Assembly: GCF_013365495.1 (NCBI RefSeq)
Contig: NZ_CP046580.1
Coordinates: forward strand, 360,001-392,000
Direction: 5' to 3'
DNA: 32,000 nucleotides
Source: Candidatus Saccharimonadota bacterium
Lineage (GTDB): Bacteria; Pseudomonadota; Alphaproteobacteria; Rickettsiales; Anaplasmataceae
Shown: one piece after another, positions 11,301-21,246 of the stretch
Position numbering within the stretch: the first letter of the stretch is position 1
Layout: each line of letters begins with the position of its first letter
The notes under the pieces: model-generated
Told to the model about the DNA's origin: nothing
Seen by the model: the letters and a program-made list of their open reading frames with translations, nothing else
Databases searched by the model: none
Translations under genes and position numbers: made by a program

Positions 11301-13134
11301 GAGAAATATGCGTTTAATTGGTGCATTTAATCATATGCATATTTTTATTGATCCAAATCCTGATGTAGAAAATAGTTTTATAGAACGTAAGCGTCTTTTT
11401 GAATTACCATTTTCAACTTGGATGGATTATAATAAAGATTTAATTTCTCAGGGTGGTGGGGTATTTGAGCGTAACAGTAAACAAGTAAGTGTTTCTCGGG
11501 AAATGAAAAAATGTTTTGGTATAACAGAGGATGTATTATCTCCAAATAGTTTAATTCGATATTTGTTAAAAGCAAAGGTAGATTTGATATGGAATGGAGG
11601 AATTGGTACGTTTATTAAAGCAAAAAGTGAAAGTCATGATATGGTTAGTAATAAAGCAAATGATGAATTGAGGATTAACGGTAGAGATATTAGAGCTTCT
11701 ATGTTCATAGAAGGTGGTAATCTTGGTTGTACGCAACTTGGAAGGATAGAATATGCGAAAAGAGGTGGATATATCAATGCTGATTTTGTTGATAATTCGG
11801 CAGGGGTAATATGTTCTGACCTTGAAGTTAATATAAAAATTGCATTTGTATCGGTTATGAAAGAAGGTAGTATTTCCTTAAAAAAAAGAAATGAAATACT
11901 GGCTAGTATGATAGATGAGGTTGTATCTAAAGTGCTTGAGGAGCATAACAAGATTGAGACAAAAGCATTACTTTTTGAGTGCTTGCAGGCTAAAGAAAGG
12001 TTGGAACAGCATTATAGGTTATTGCTTAGTTTGGAAAAGTCTGGATTGTTAGATAGAGGTGTAGAGTTTTTGCCAGCTGATGAAGAAATAACAGGGATGT
12101 TGACTGGAGAAGAGGGCTTTAGCTCTCCTCAGCTTGCTGTTTTAATATCTTATGCTAGGACATCAATAAAAAATGAAGTTATACGTTCTGACCTGCCTGA
12201 AAAAGATTTTTTATGTCATGATTATTTGCTAAGTTATTTCCCACAGAAAATGGTAACGGAATTTAAGAATTTTATATTGAAGCATCAATTGCGTAGAGAG
12301 ATTATTTCTACTTGTATTGCAAATGATGTAGTAAATAGAATGGGTTGTATATTTATTAATAATTTAGTTGAAAAAACTGGAGTTAAAGTATATGAAGCGG
12401 TTAATTTATATATTATTGTAAGCCATTTATATAGTTTAAATAGTTTGTGGCGGAAAATTGATGAGTTAGACGGGAAGATTAATGTTAACTCATATTTACA
12501 AGTGGTAAGAAGTGTACAAAAATTTATTGGTAGGGTATTATTTTGGTTGGTAAGAAATTTAGGTAAACTTAGCTTTATAAATTTAGATGATGTTTTAAAA
12601 GTTAAAGGTGGAATTGAAACTTTGGGACAAAACTTAACTCATGTTTTAGATGAGCATTTGCTAAAAGTTTATCGTCATGGATCTGTTTCTTTGTTGGAAC
12701 TTAATATAGATAAAGATTTAGCACAAAAAGTTGCTGATTTGTGTATTTTAGCTTATGCATTAGATATTATATCTATTTCTGAGCAAACATCTTTGTCTAT
12801 TTTGGATGTTGGTAAAATATACTTTAAGTTAAAATCGTTATTAAAATTTGATCTGATTAGAACAATTGCCATTAAAATGAAGAGTCATTCTTCTTATTGG
12901 GATCGTAGTTTAATTAATGATTTGTTAGATGATTTGAGCACTTATCATTATCAATTAGCTGTAAAGGTTATAAAGTTTGCTGATAATTGTGAAAATAAGG
13001 TTCAAATTTGGGCTCGTAATGATATGGATTACATAGAACGTTATAGTAGCTTTTTAAATGAAATGATTACTTCTAAGCTTGATTTAAGTAAGTTAATCTT
13101 TATAATTAAAAGAATTAAGGTACTCGCCTCATAA
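8383..13134 (+). CDS. gdhB: large NAD-specific glutamate dehydrogenase (~180 kDa class)
   Basis: 1,583-aa ORF. Size and the central catalytic region (RGGLRWSDR, KAQMTKNAVIVPVGAKGGF, AADKGTA.FSD.AN, GGS.GYDHK.MGITARGAW) match the bacterial large NAD-GDH family. The track start is TTG 8383; ATG 8395 is an alternative. It lies 12-24 nt after the clpB stop. Confidence 0.9.
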   Translation: MCKRMCIVDSINTESLFKLINQENWKEKRKIKEFIKYFYNFVYNSDLKINDAFLLYIAKDAYNFIFKKEVGEKSKLEVSNVNDIPKIKGDFTVVKIISDDMPFLVDSIVAAIKSHNLAIYYYSNSIINIKRKNGLIDEIYDLEKNDGVKESVIYVIIKGISDDFISILKESLRETLKAVDYVVKDWYLMLQRLNAARDGLCFLQEETEEVKVQLPSSYTIHQIIDFLDWLQSNNFVFLGYQECTTDRDGKLVLHEEQNLGLMRVSKKYQSSLTFFKDLNLYIARSDLISIVHRRTYMNCIGVKEFDSHSNVIKERYFFGLFTSVAEVQDIRTIPIVRNKVKAIGEKTGFAPGGHNSKALVSILQTFFCDELFQLSEDELFKICTSVMSLAVRPRVKLFLRRVGNFINCIILIPMQYASARLMFKIRDILKNEMGAESSDIYNNHIINEYDLMKLHVVLKTRDISVVNDKVLCVENKLKNVVEKWEDRFIDNLYSTFNTVEDIFIRYCRAFPISYQENFEPYIAYHDIKKLEIVRRKRVSEVDLRLTCDNLNYQLKVYTPSNGGLELSKIFKVTKNLGAKILSHNSYYIEINGGILIHYFVLSKVDELVNNITLKEQFEVTLAKVFSREIRNDYFNSLVIIAGLEWKEVLLIRALSAYLKQMSFNYNPGYIQKVVSEYPKVVKYLVQLFHARFNPKVDIDRVETTDIFKEKIEELLKGVSNVSHDYVLRSIFNLIMSILRTSYYQKDKSYLSIKFDSSKINGLPNPRPYCELYVYSNFFEGIHLRGGKLARGGLRWSDRTEDLRTEVLGLVKAQMTKNAVIVPVGAKGGFVIKEVYRDENALKQKVVECYKDFIRGMLDITDNIIDDKIIPPKNVIRYDEDDPYLVVAADKGTASFSDYANQIASEYNFWLSDAFASGGSVGYDHKSMGITARGAWIAAQRHFWRMNKNIYQDIAVIGIGDMAGDLFGNGMLLSRNMRLIGAFNHMHIFIDPNPDVENSFIERKRLFELPFSTWMDYNKDLISQGGGVFERNSKQVSVSREMKKCFGITEDVLSPNSLIRYLLKAKVDLIWNGGIGTFIKAKSESHDMVSNKANDELRINGRDIRASMFIEGGNLGCTQLGRIEYAKRGGYINADFVDNSAGVICSDLEVNIKIAFVSVMKEGSISLKKRNEILASMIDEVVSKVLEEHNKIETKALLFECLQAKERLEQHYRLLLSLEKSGLLDRGVEFLPADEEITGMLTGEEGFSSPQLAVLISYARTSIKNEVIRSDLPEKDFLCHDYLLSYFPQKMVTEFKNFILKHQLRREIISTCIANDVVNRMGCIFINNLVEKTGVKVYEAVNLYIIVSHLYSLNSLWRKIDELDGKINVNSYLQVVRSVQKFIGRVLFWLVRNLGKLSFINLDDVLKVKGGIETLGQNLTHVLDEHLLKVYRHGSVSLLELNIDKDLAQKVADLCILAYALDIISISEQTSLSILDVGKIYFKLKSLLKFDLIRTIAIKMKSHSSYWDRSLINDLLDDLSTYHYQLAVKVIKFADNCENKVQIWARNDMDYIERYSSFLNEMITSKLDLSKLIFIIKRIKVLAS

Positions 13135-13137
13135 AAA

Positions 13138-13434
13138 ATGTTCAGCATAGGCCTTCAAGAAATTTTGGTTGTAGTTCTAGTGAGTATAGTTGCTCTTGAT
13201 AAGAATAAATTTCCTGTATTTATTGATCTCATTAGAAAAACATATAGACATTTTATAGTGATAAAATTAAAAATTAGGAATCTGTTAAAAAATGCTGGAG
13301 TTGAAGATTTATGTAAGGATTATTATGTTGAGAAGGTAAATTATGTAGTTGGTAAAGATGGTAAATTTTATCCTAGTTATAGTATAGATAACACATCTAA
13401 AGATAATGACAGCAAAGATACTGATAATAGATGA
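13138..13434 (+). CDS. tatB: TatB-like twin-arginine translocase component
   Basis: 98-aa ORF. N-terminus MFSIGLQEILVVVLVSIVAL....FP aligns with the TatB consensus MFDIG.SELL......LVVLGP..LP, with Glu8 retained. One N-terminal TM followed by an amphipathic region. Starts 3 nt after the gdh stop. The hinge Gly-Pro is replaced by Asp-Lys. Confidence 0.5.
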   Translation: MFSIGLQEILVVVLVSIVALDKNKFPVFIDLIRKTYRHFIVIKLKIRNLLKNAGVEDLCKDYYVEKVNYVVGKDGKFYPSYSIDNTSKDNDSKDTDNR

Positions 13435-14788
13435 TGTACTATCTAATATTAAGTTCTTAGAAGCTCAGCTAAAAGCTGAGTACTATGTAGTGATTGTAAC
13501 TCATAATAGTAAAGAGGCTATAGATTTAGTAGTGAGGCAACAACCTGATATTATATTACTTGGTATTACAGTGCCGAAAATAAATGGCCTTGAAGTTTGT
13601 AAAAGTCTAAAGAATGATCCTTTAACAACTCATATTCCAATAATTATGGTGAATACACTGCATGATATTTGCGATAAAGTGCAGGGTATTAATGCTGGTG
13701 CAGATGATTTTTTAACTAAACCAATAGATGAAACTGCTCTGTCTGCACGAATTAAATCTCTTACACGTTTTAAAATGATCATAGATGAATTGCGTCTAAG
13801 AGGAAAAACTAATGCTGAAGTTGGTGAAGTAGCAGAAAGCAGTAGTATTATGGGGTATTCTCACAGGATTTTTGATGCTAACCTACTTGTTGTAGGTGAA
13901 GATATTTTTCAAATAGAACAAATATTTAATATATTAAAACAAAGTTTTAAGTTAGTTAAAATACTGAATAATCCAATCAAGGCATTAAAGGTTGGTATTG
14001 AGGATAATTACGATTTAATTATTTTAGATATGCAATTTTCTAAAATTGATGGTTTACGTTTATGTTCTGAATTTCGTAGTAAGGTAGAAACACGTTATAC
14101 ACCGATTTTTATTCTTTCTGAAGATTATGATAAAAGTAATTTAGTAAGAGCATTGGAAGTTGGTGCTAATGATTATTTAACAGTGCCTATAGATAAAAAT
14201 GAGTTAATAGCAAAAGTTAACTTACAAGTAAAGCGCAAGAGATATCAAGATGCTTTGAGAATGAATTTATTTAATAATGTAACAATGTCTATAAAAGATC
14301 CATTAACTAACTGTTATAATAGAAGGTATTTTGATGCGTATTTAAAGAACATTATCAATGATTTTATAGAAAAGGATAGAAGACTATCTCTTATGATACT
14401 TGATATAGACTATTTTAAGGCAGTAAATGATAATTTTGGGCATAGTGCTGGTGATGAACTTTTAAAACAAATACAAAAGAGAATTTCTGAAAATATTAGG
14501 GTGGGGGATTTATTAGCTAGGTTTGGTGGTGAAGAATTTGTTGTTATAATGCTTGATGCTAGTATATCAGATGCTTCTACTGTTGCAGAGAGGGTGCGTA
14601 AGGTTATTGCTATGGAACCTTTTATTATGTTTTCGGATAGAAATATAATTCATAATATAACTGTAAGCATTGGAATTACAGAAATGCAAAAATCTGATCT
14701 TAATAATATCAAGAGATTTATAGTACGTGCTGATAAGTGTTTATATAAAGCAAAAAATAGGGGTAGAAATAAAGTAGTTGCTGACTGA
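13406..14788 (+). CDS. pleD: PleD-type response regulator / diguanylate cyclase (REC-REC-GGDEF)
   Basis: 460-aa ORF. REC1 spans aa 1 to ~120, a REC2-like domain spans ~160-275, and the GGDEF domain has active-site GGEEF with an RxxD I-site (RVGD) five residues upstream. The first ~130 aa align without gaps to Caulobacter PleD (from memory). The ATG overlaps tatB by 29 nt. Confidence 0.9.
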   Translation: MTAKILIIDDVLSNIKFLEAQLKAEYYVVIVTHNSKEAIDLVVRQQPDIILLGITVPKINGLEVCKSLKNDPLTTHIPIIMVNTLHDICDKVQGINAGADDFLTKPIDETALSARIKSLTRFKMIIDELRLRGKTNAEVGEVAESSSIMGYSHRIFDANLLVVGEDIFQIEQIFNILKQSFKLVKILNNPIKALKVGIEDNYDLIILDMQFSKIDGLRLCSEFRSKVETRYTPIFILSEDYDKSNLVRALEVGANDYLTVPIDKNELIAKVNLQVKRKRYQDALRMNLFNNVTMSIKDPLTNCYNRRYFDAYLKNIINDFIEKDRRLSLMILDIDYFKAVNDNFGHSAGDELLKQIQKRISENIRVGDLLARFGGEEFVVIMLDASISDASTVAERVRKVIAMEPFIMFSDRNIIHNITVSIGITEMQKSDLNNIKRFIVRADKCLYKAKNRGRNKVVAD

Positions 14789-15668
14789 TGATTACTTATG
14801 GTATATAGCTGAAGCAAGATGTATATTGATATTCTGAGATTCAAGTTATTAGAAAAAATATTATTCAGGTAGTTTTTTTTATTGTTTTAGTATGAAATGC
14901 TGAGATATAGTTTTATCATGTAATTTTTTTTATGTAAGCTCATATAAAATTTTTTTGAGTAGGTTAATTTTAATACTAAATTTAGTATAAAGTCATAAGT
15001 GATATTATTCTAATATTTTTAAGTTTACTAACTAAAATTGGTGTAATTTTATACATGTAATTCATTATAACACTTACTTATAAATTTAATTATTATATAT
15101 AGTAAAAGAATTATTAAATACTAGTATTGTTATTTGGATAATTATTATAGAAATACTAGATATATATTATAATTGTAGATGATATTTTGAGTATAATTCA
15201 TCTTATGATAATAACATTTATATAATCTTTTGCTTGAATATTAAAAGATTTACTTCTAAAGTTCAAGAGGAGAAAAATTTTTATAGTTCTTCCCACTCTT
15301 GAAATTTTTAAAATATTTATATTTTTTACTATTTAGAATTGTAAAAGCATGTTTTTACAACTTATGTATTTTAGTAAAGCTTAAATAAAGATATGAAAGA
15401 GTGTTCATTAGTGATATTTTTTATTATTTACTTTATTTCACAGATTAAAGATAATTAAATTACCTGTTATTTTTATGATAAAAAATTAGTTAATAGTTTG
15501 ATTTATTTATAAATTCATGAAAAGAAATTGAGTGCTTATTTAAGTGACTGTTGATTAATATTACTGTTATAATTTTCTTATTTTAGAAAAAGGATGAAGT
15601 AGGGAAGTTATTATATATTTTAAATAGGTATAATTATTTCTCTAGTAAAGAATTGGAAAGTACTTTTT

Positions 15669-16421
15669 TTAATTAGCTATGGAAAAAAACTTGTTTGCAT
15701 AAAAATTTCTCATAATATTTAATGTATCATAATCTGTAAAATCTAGTTTTATTGGTGTGATAGTGATAAATCCTTCTTTGATTTTGCCTACACTACCACT
15801 ACCTGAATGTTCTCGAGACCAATCTAGACTTAAAGAACCGTCTGAATTTTCGGTAAAAATTAAGTCTCCATCAATATTATATTCACCTTGTTCAGTAAAT
15901 TCTACTCCTTTTACTTTTTTTGTAGCAGGAAAATTCACACTCATTGCTATATTTTTAGGCCAACCGACTTCAACTAATTTAGCAGTAATCTTTGGTGCAA
16001 AAACCTTTGTGTTATGCCAGTTTATTTCATTATGATATACTTGACTTAATGCAATTGAGGGTATAAATCTCGCAGCACTTTCCATTACTGCTCCAATTGT
16101 TCCTGAATAGCATATATCATCTCCAACATTTGAACCGATATTTACTCCTGATAGTACTAGATCTGGCTTTTTATCCATAATTTTATTTAGTGCAATGATA
16201 ACACAATCTGCAGGTGTACCGGATATGCTGAATTCTTTTTTACCATGTTGATTTACTCTAATAGATTGCCTTATTGGGTAATCAAGAGATCTGGCTGCTC
16301 CACTTCTGTCGGTATCTGGTGCTACTACCCATATTTCTGACGCAAAGTTTTGTGCAACCTCTTTAAGTAATTTTATTCCTTCGCTTTCGAAACCGTCATC
16401 GTTTGTTATTAATATTATCAT
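15669..16421 (-). CDS. surE: 5'/3'-nucleotidase SurE
   Basis: 250-aa ORF with the SurE hallmark N-terminus MIILITNDDGFESEGI and an internal GVNIGSN...YSGT. Confidence 0.92.
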   Translation of the reverse strand: MIILITNDDGFESEGIKLLKEVAQNFASEIWVVAPDTDRSGAARSLDYPIRQSIRVNQHGKKEFSISGTPADCVIIALNKIMDKKPDLVLSGVNIGSNVGDDICYSGTIGAVMESAARFIPSIALSQVYHNEINWHNTKVFAPKITAKLVEVGWPKNIAMSVNFPATKKVKGVEFTEQGEYNIDGDLIFTENSDGSLSLDWSREHSGSGSVGKIKEGFITITPIKLDFTDYDTLNIMRNFYANKFFSIAN

Positions 16422-16627
16422 ATAAGATTCTATGTACTTTAAAGTTATGATAAGTAATTTTGATTGTTAGTTGCAAATAAATCTATTGTTCTTGTTAATT
16501 TTAAATTGTCTATAGTAGTTTATCTTGATTTTTTGATGTTTTATCTTTACTATGCATTAAATTTGAAAAATTTACAGCTGAGAAAGTCAATGAAATCTTG
16601 ATGTTTGTGCACTATTTTTCAATTTAA

Positions 16628-18715
<2,088 letters not shown>

Positions 18716-18793
18716 CATATGGGTTGTGTATCTTGACATTTAGTAAAATCTATAAATAAACTAGATAGTTTGTATTTATTTGGAGTTATAATA

Positions 18794-18949
18794 ATGTTCA
18801 TTCAATTACTTGATAAAGAATTAAATGATTTTCATTTATTGAAGCATCAGTTTTATCATCTATGGAGTGAAGGAAAATTAAGTCTTGAAGTTCTACAAAT
18901 TTATGCTAAAGAGTATTATCATCATGTTGCTACTTTTTCGTTATATTAG
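18794..18949 (+). pseudogene. N-terminal stump of a CADD/PqqC-like (TenA/haem-oxygenase-fold) gene
   Basis: My own translation: ATG 18794, 51 sense codons, TAG 18947-18949. The peptide is MFIQLLDKELNDFHLLKHQFYHLWSEGKLSLEVLQIYAKEYYHHVATFSLY*. It matches the N-terminal ~50 aa of the ~230-aa CADD/PqqC-like proteins. Recalled C. trachomatis CT610: ...HMLEHTFYVKWSKGELTKEQLQAYAKDYYLHIKAFPKYLS. Only 111 bp remain before folB, so most of the gene is absent. Confidence 0.55.
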
Positions 18950-19060
18950 TGGTATACGTTCTTTTGTATATAGTTAAAAGAGATTTTTTGATGGAAGTAA
19001 AAATTTTTTTAAGGAACTTGGTGATTGGAAGTATGTGGATAAAGAATTATAAAAGTAGAA

Positions 19061-19453
19061 TTGAATATGAAGTCTTTATGTAATCTTTTTATTCAGGACT
19101 TGAGACTTTGGATTCATTTGGGGTGTAGTGTAGAAGAAAGGTTCCATTCTCAATTGGTGAGTGTTAATGTTGATTTTGCTTTTAGATCTCCTCCTTTAGG
19201 GTTTATTACTGACCAACTTGAAGATACTATCTGTTATTTAGAGGTAGTACAAAATATTAAATCTCTTGCTCAAAGTAAACAATTTAATTTAATTGAGCAT
19301 TTTACCTATAATATATATATTACCATTAGTAACCTTATAATGCAGAAAAGACATATTATTTCTTCTATAAAAGTAGTTGCTCATAAAATTGCACCACCTG
19401 TTCCTGATGTACATGGAGGTATTATCTTTACTTATTGTAATATATTGCAATAA
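19061..19453 (+). CDS. folB: dihydroneopterin aldolase family protein (FolB/FolX)
   Basis: 130-aa ORF with the DHNA pattern (I..L.....G....E......V.V.........D....T..Y......I........F.L.E). Sits immediately upstream of folKP. The track start is TTG 19061; ATG 19067 is an alternative. Confidence 0.8.
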   Translation: MNMKSLCNLFIQDLRLWIHLGCSVEERFHSQLVSVNVDFAFRSPPLGFITDQLEDTICYLEVVQNIKSLAQSKQFNLIEHFTYNIYITISNLIMQKRHIISSIKVVAHKIAPPVPDVHGGIIFTYCNILQ

Positions 19454-19468
19454 ATAGGAAGATAGCTA

Positions 19469-20770
19469 ATGATTTATATTTCTATTGGTTCAAATTTGGG
19501 GAATCGTCTTTCTAATTTGCAAAAGGCTACTCAATTATTGAAGAGATATTATTTTAAAGATTTAAGGTCTTCAATTATTTTAGAGACTCAAGCTATTTTA
19601 CCAGATGGTGCTCCAGTTGAGTGGGATAAGCCTTTTTTTAATATGGTTGTGTATGGAAGTTGTTTTATTCCCCCTAAAAAGCTATTAAAAGGCCTTAAGC
19701 AAATCGAGTGTGATATGGGTCGTCCGCAAGTCTATAAAAAATGGGAACCTCGTATTATTGATTTAGATATTTTATTATGGGATGATCTAGTACTCGATAC
19801 ATCATATCTTACTATCCCTCACCCGGAATTAATGGATAGACCATTTTTGTTGCACTTAATGGCAATGTTAAATCCTATGGCTAATATTCCAGTAATTAAT
19901 AAAACTTTTGATGCTATTGCTTGTAGTAAACCTAACATTAAGGATTGTTTTTTAAAGAGCTTTGCACTTTCACCAAGGTTTATAGGAATTGTTAATATTA
20001 CTCCTGATTCATTTTCAGATGGTGGTTTTTATTATGATTCAGATCAAGCGACTAAACAAGCATTAAAATTGATGTCTGATGGTGCAAGTATAGTTGATCT
20101 TGGTGCTCAATCCACAAGACCTGGATCTTCTATTCAGTCCCCGCAAGTAGAATATACACGTTTGAAGCCAGTGCTTGATAATCTTAGTTGTTATATGAGA
20201 GATGGCGATGTTGAAGTTAGTATTGATACTTTCTGGCCAGATGTTATTTTAAATGTTTTAGAAAGCTATAACGTGGCTTGGATAAACGATGTGAAAGGGA
20301 ATTTAGATGATGGTACTTTAAGGACAATTGCGAGCAGTAAGTGTGGTATTATTATTATGCATTCATTTTCTGTGTTATCACATAAAGATGATGTTGGTGG
20401 TGGTATTACTATTGATCCAATTGATACTATAAATAGGTGGGTAGAAAAGAATATCAATAAGTTACTTGCTCTTGGTTTTGATAAAGATTCAATAATTATT
20501 GATCCTGGTATCGGTTTTGGAAAATCTTTGTATCAGAATATTGAGATTTTACGAAATATAGAGGCATTACGGAATTTTGGTTGTAAGATTTTAGTTGGTC
20601 ATTCTAGAAAGTCATTCATTTCTTCTTTTTCTACAGAGCTTGTTTTTAATCGAGATTTAGAAACAATTGCTGTATCGTCTATATTGTGTAATCAAGTTGA
20701 TTTTCTTCGAGTACATAATGTGCGTAATCATATGCAATTTTTTGTAGCTCAAGCTGTCTTACGGAAGTGA
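19469..20770 (+). CDS. folKP: bifunctional HPPK / dihydropteroate synthase (FolK-FolP fusion)
   Basis: 433-aa ORF. The N-terminal half has HPPK motifs (IGSNLGNR, PRIIDLDILLW, IPHPEL). The C-terminal half has DHPS motifs (GIVNITPDSFSDGG, DLGAQSTRPG, DPGIGFGK, GHSRKSF). Confidence 0.9.
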   Translation: MIYISIGSNLGNRLSNLQKATQLLKRYYFKDLRSSIILETQAILPDGAPVEWDKPFFNMVVYGSCFIPPKKLLKGLKQIECDMGRPQVYKKWEPRIIDLDILLWDDLVLDTSYLTIPHPELMDRPFLLHLMAMLNPMANIPVINKTFDAIACSKPNIKDCFLKSFALSPRFIGIVNITPDSFSDGGFYYDSDQATKQALKLMSDGASIVDLGAQSTRPGSSIQSPQVEYTRLKPVLDNLSCYMRDGDVEVSIDTFWPDVILNVLESYNVAWINDVKGNLDDGTLRTIASSKCGIIIMHSFSVLSHKDDVGGGITIDPIDTINRWVEKNINKLLALGFDKDSIIIDPGIGFGKSLYQNIEILRNIEALRNFGCKILVGHSRKSFISSFSTELVFNRDLETIAVSSILCNQVDFLRVHNVRNHMQFFVAQAVLRK

Positions 20771-21246
20771 TGATTATTGGAATCATGGCTGTTGATCCTA
20801 ATGGAGTGATTGGAGAGAATAATAAATTACCTTGGTGTTATCCAAGTGAGTTAAGACATTTTCTTCAGATAACTAATAGGCAAATCATTGTTATGGGAAG
20901 AAAAACATTTGCAACAATGCCAAAAAGTATATTAAAAGATCGTACTTCTATTGTTTTTTCTCGTAATAAATTAAATTCTTGTTTTTATAGAGATATAAAA
21001 TGTACAGTTGTTTCTTCTATGAAAGAATTTTTATTGATTCGAGGTAATTCTAAAGTATATATGATTGGTGGAGCACAGATAGCACATCTTTTTTTACGTT
21101 GTAATTTAATATCAGAGTTTATTGTAACAGAGATTCATAATCTTTATAAAGGTAGTGTATATTTCAATTTAACGTTTCTTGATAAATGGAATAAGATTAT
21201 TCTAACAAGAACACAGGATTATACTATATATAAGTTAACACGTTAA
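20767..21246 (+). CDS. folA: dihydrofolate reductase
   Basis: 159-aa ORF with DHFR motifs (VIGENNKLPW, VMGRKTF, IGGAQI). The start (GTG 20767 or ATG 20770) overlaps the folKP stop. Confidence 0.85.
   Translation: MMIIGIMAVDPNGVIGENNKLPWCYPSELRHFLQITNRQIIVMGRKTFATMPKSILKDRTSIVFSRNKLNSCFYRDIKCTVVSSMKEFLLIRGNSKVYMIGGAQIAHLFLRCNLISEFIVTEIHNLYKGSVYFNLTFLDKWNKIILTRTQDYTIYKLTR

Noticed and set aside
15262-15303. Inverted repeat TTCAAGAG...CTCTTGAA followed by ATTTTT, a possible terminator in the pleD/surE spacer.
   Set aside because: The stem is 8 bp and AT-rich, and the loop is 26 nt. It lies about 470 nt from the pleD stop and about 370 nt from the surE stop. It is not a convincing intrinsic terminator.
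19034-19042. Perfect DnaA-box consensus (TGTGGATAA, which is TTATCCACA on the minus strand) just upstream of folB.
   Set aside because: It is a single isolated box. There is no cluster, no adjacent AT-rich unwinding element beyond the background, and no switch in the sign of G/C skew across the window. One chance occurrence in 32 kb on both strands is plausible.
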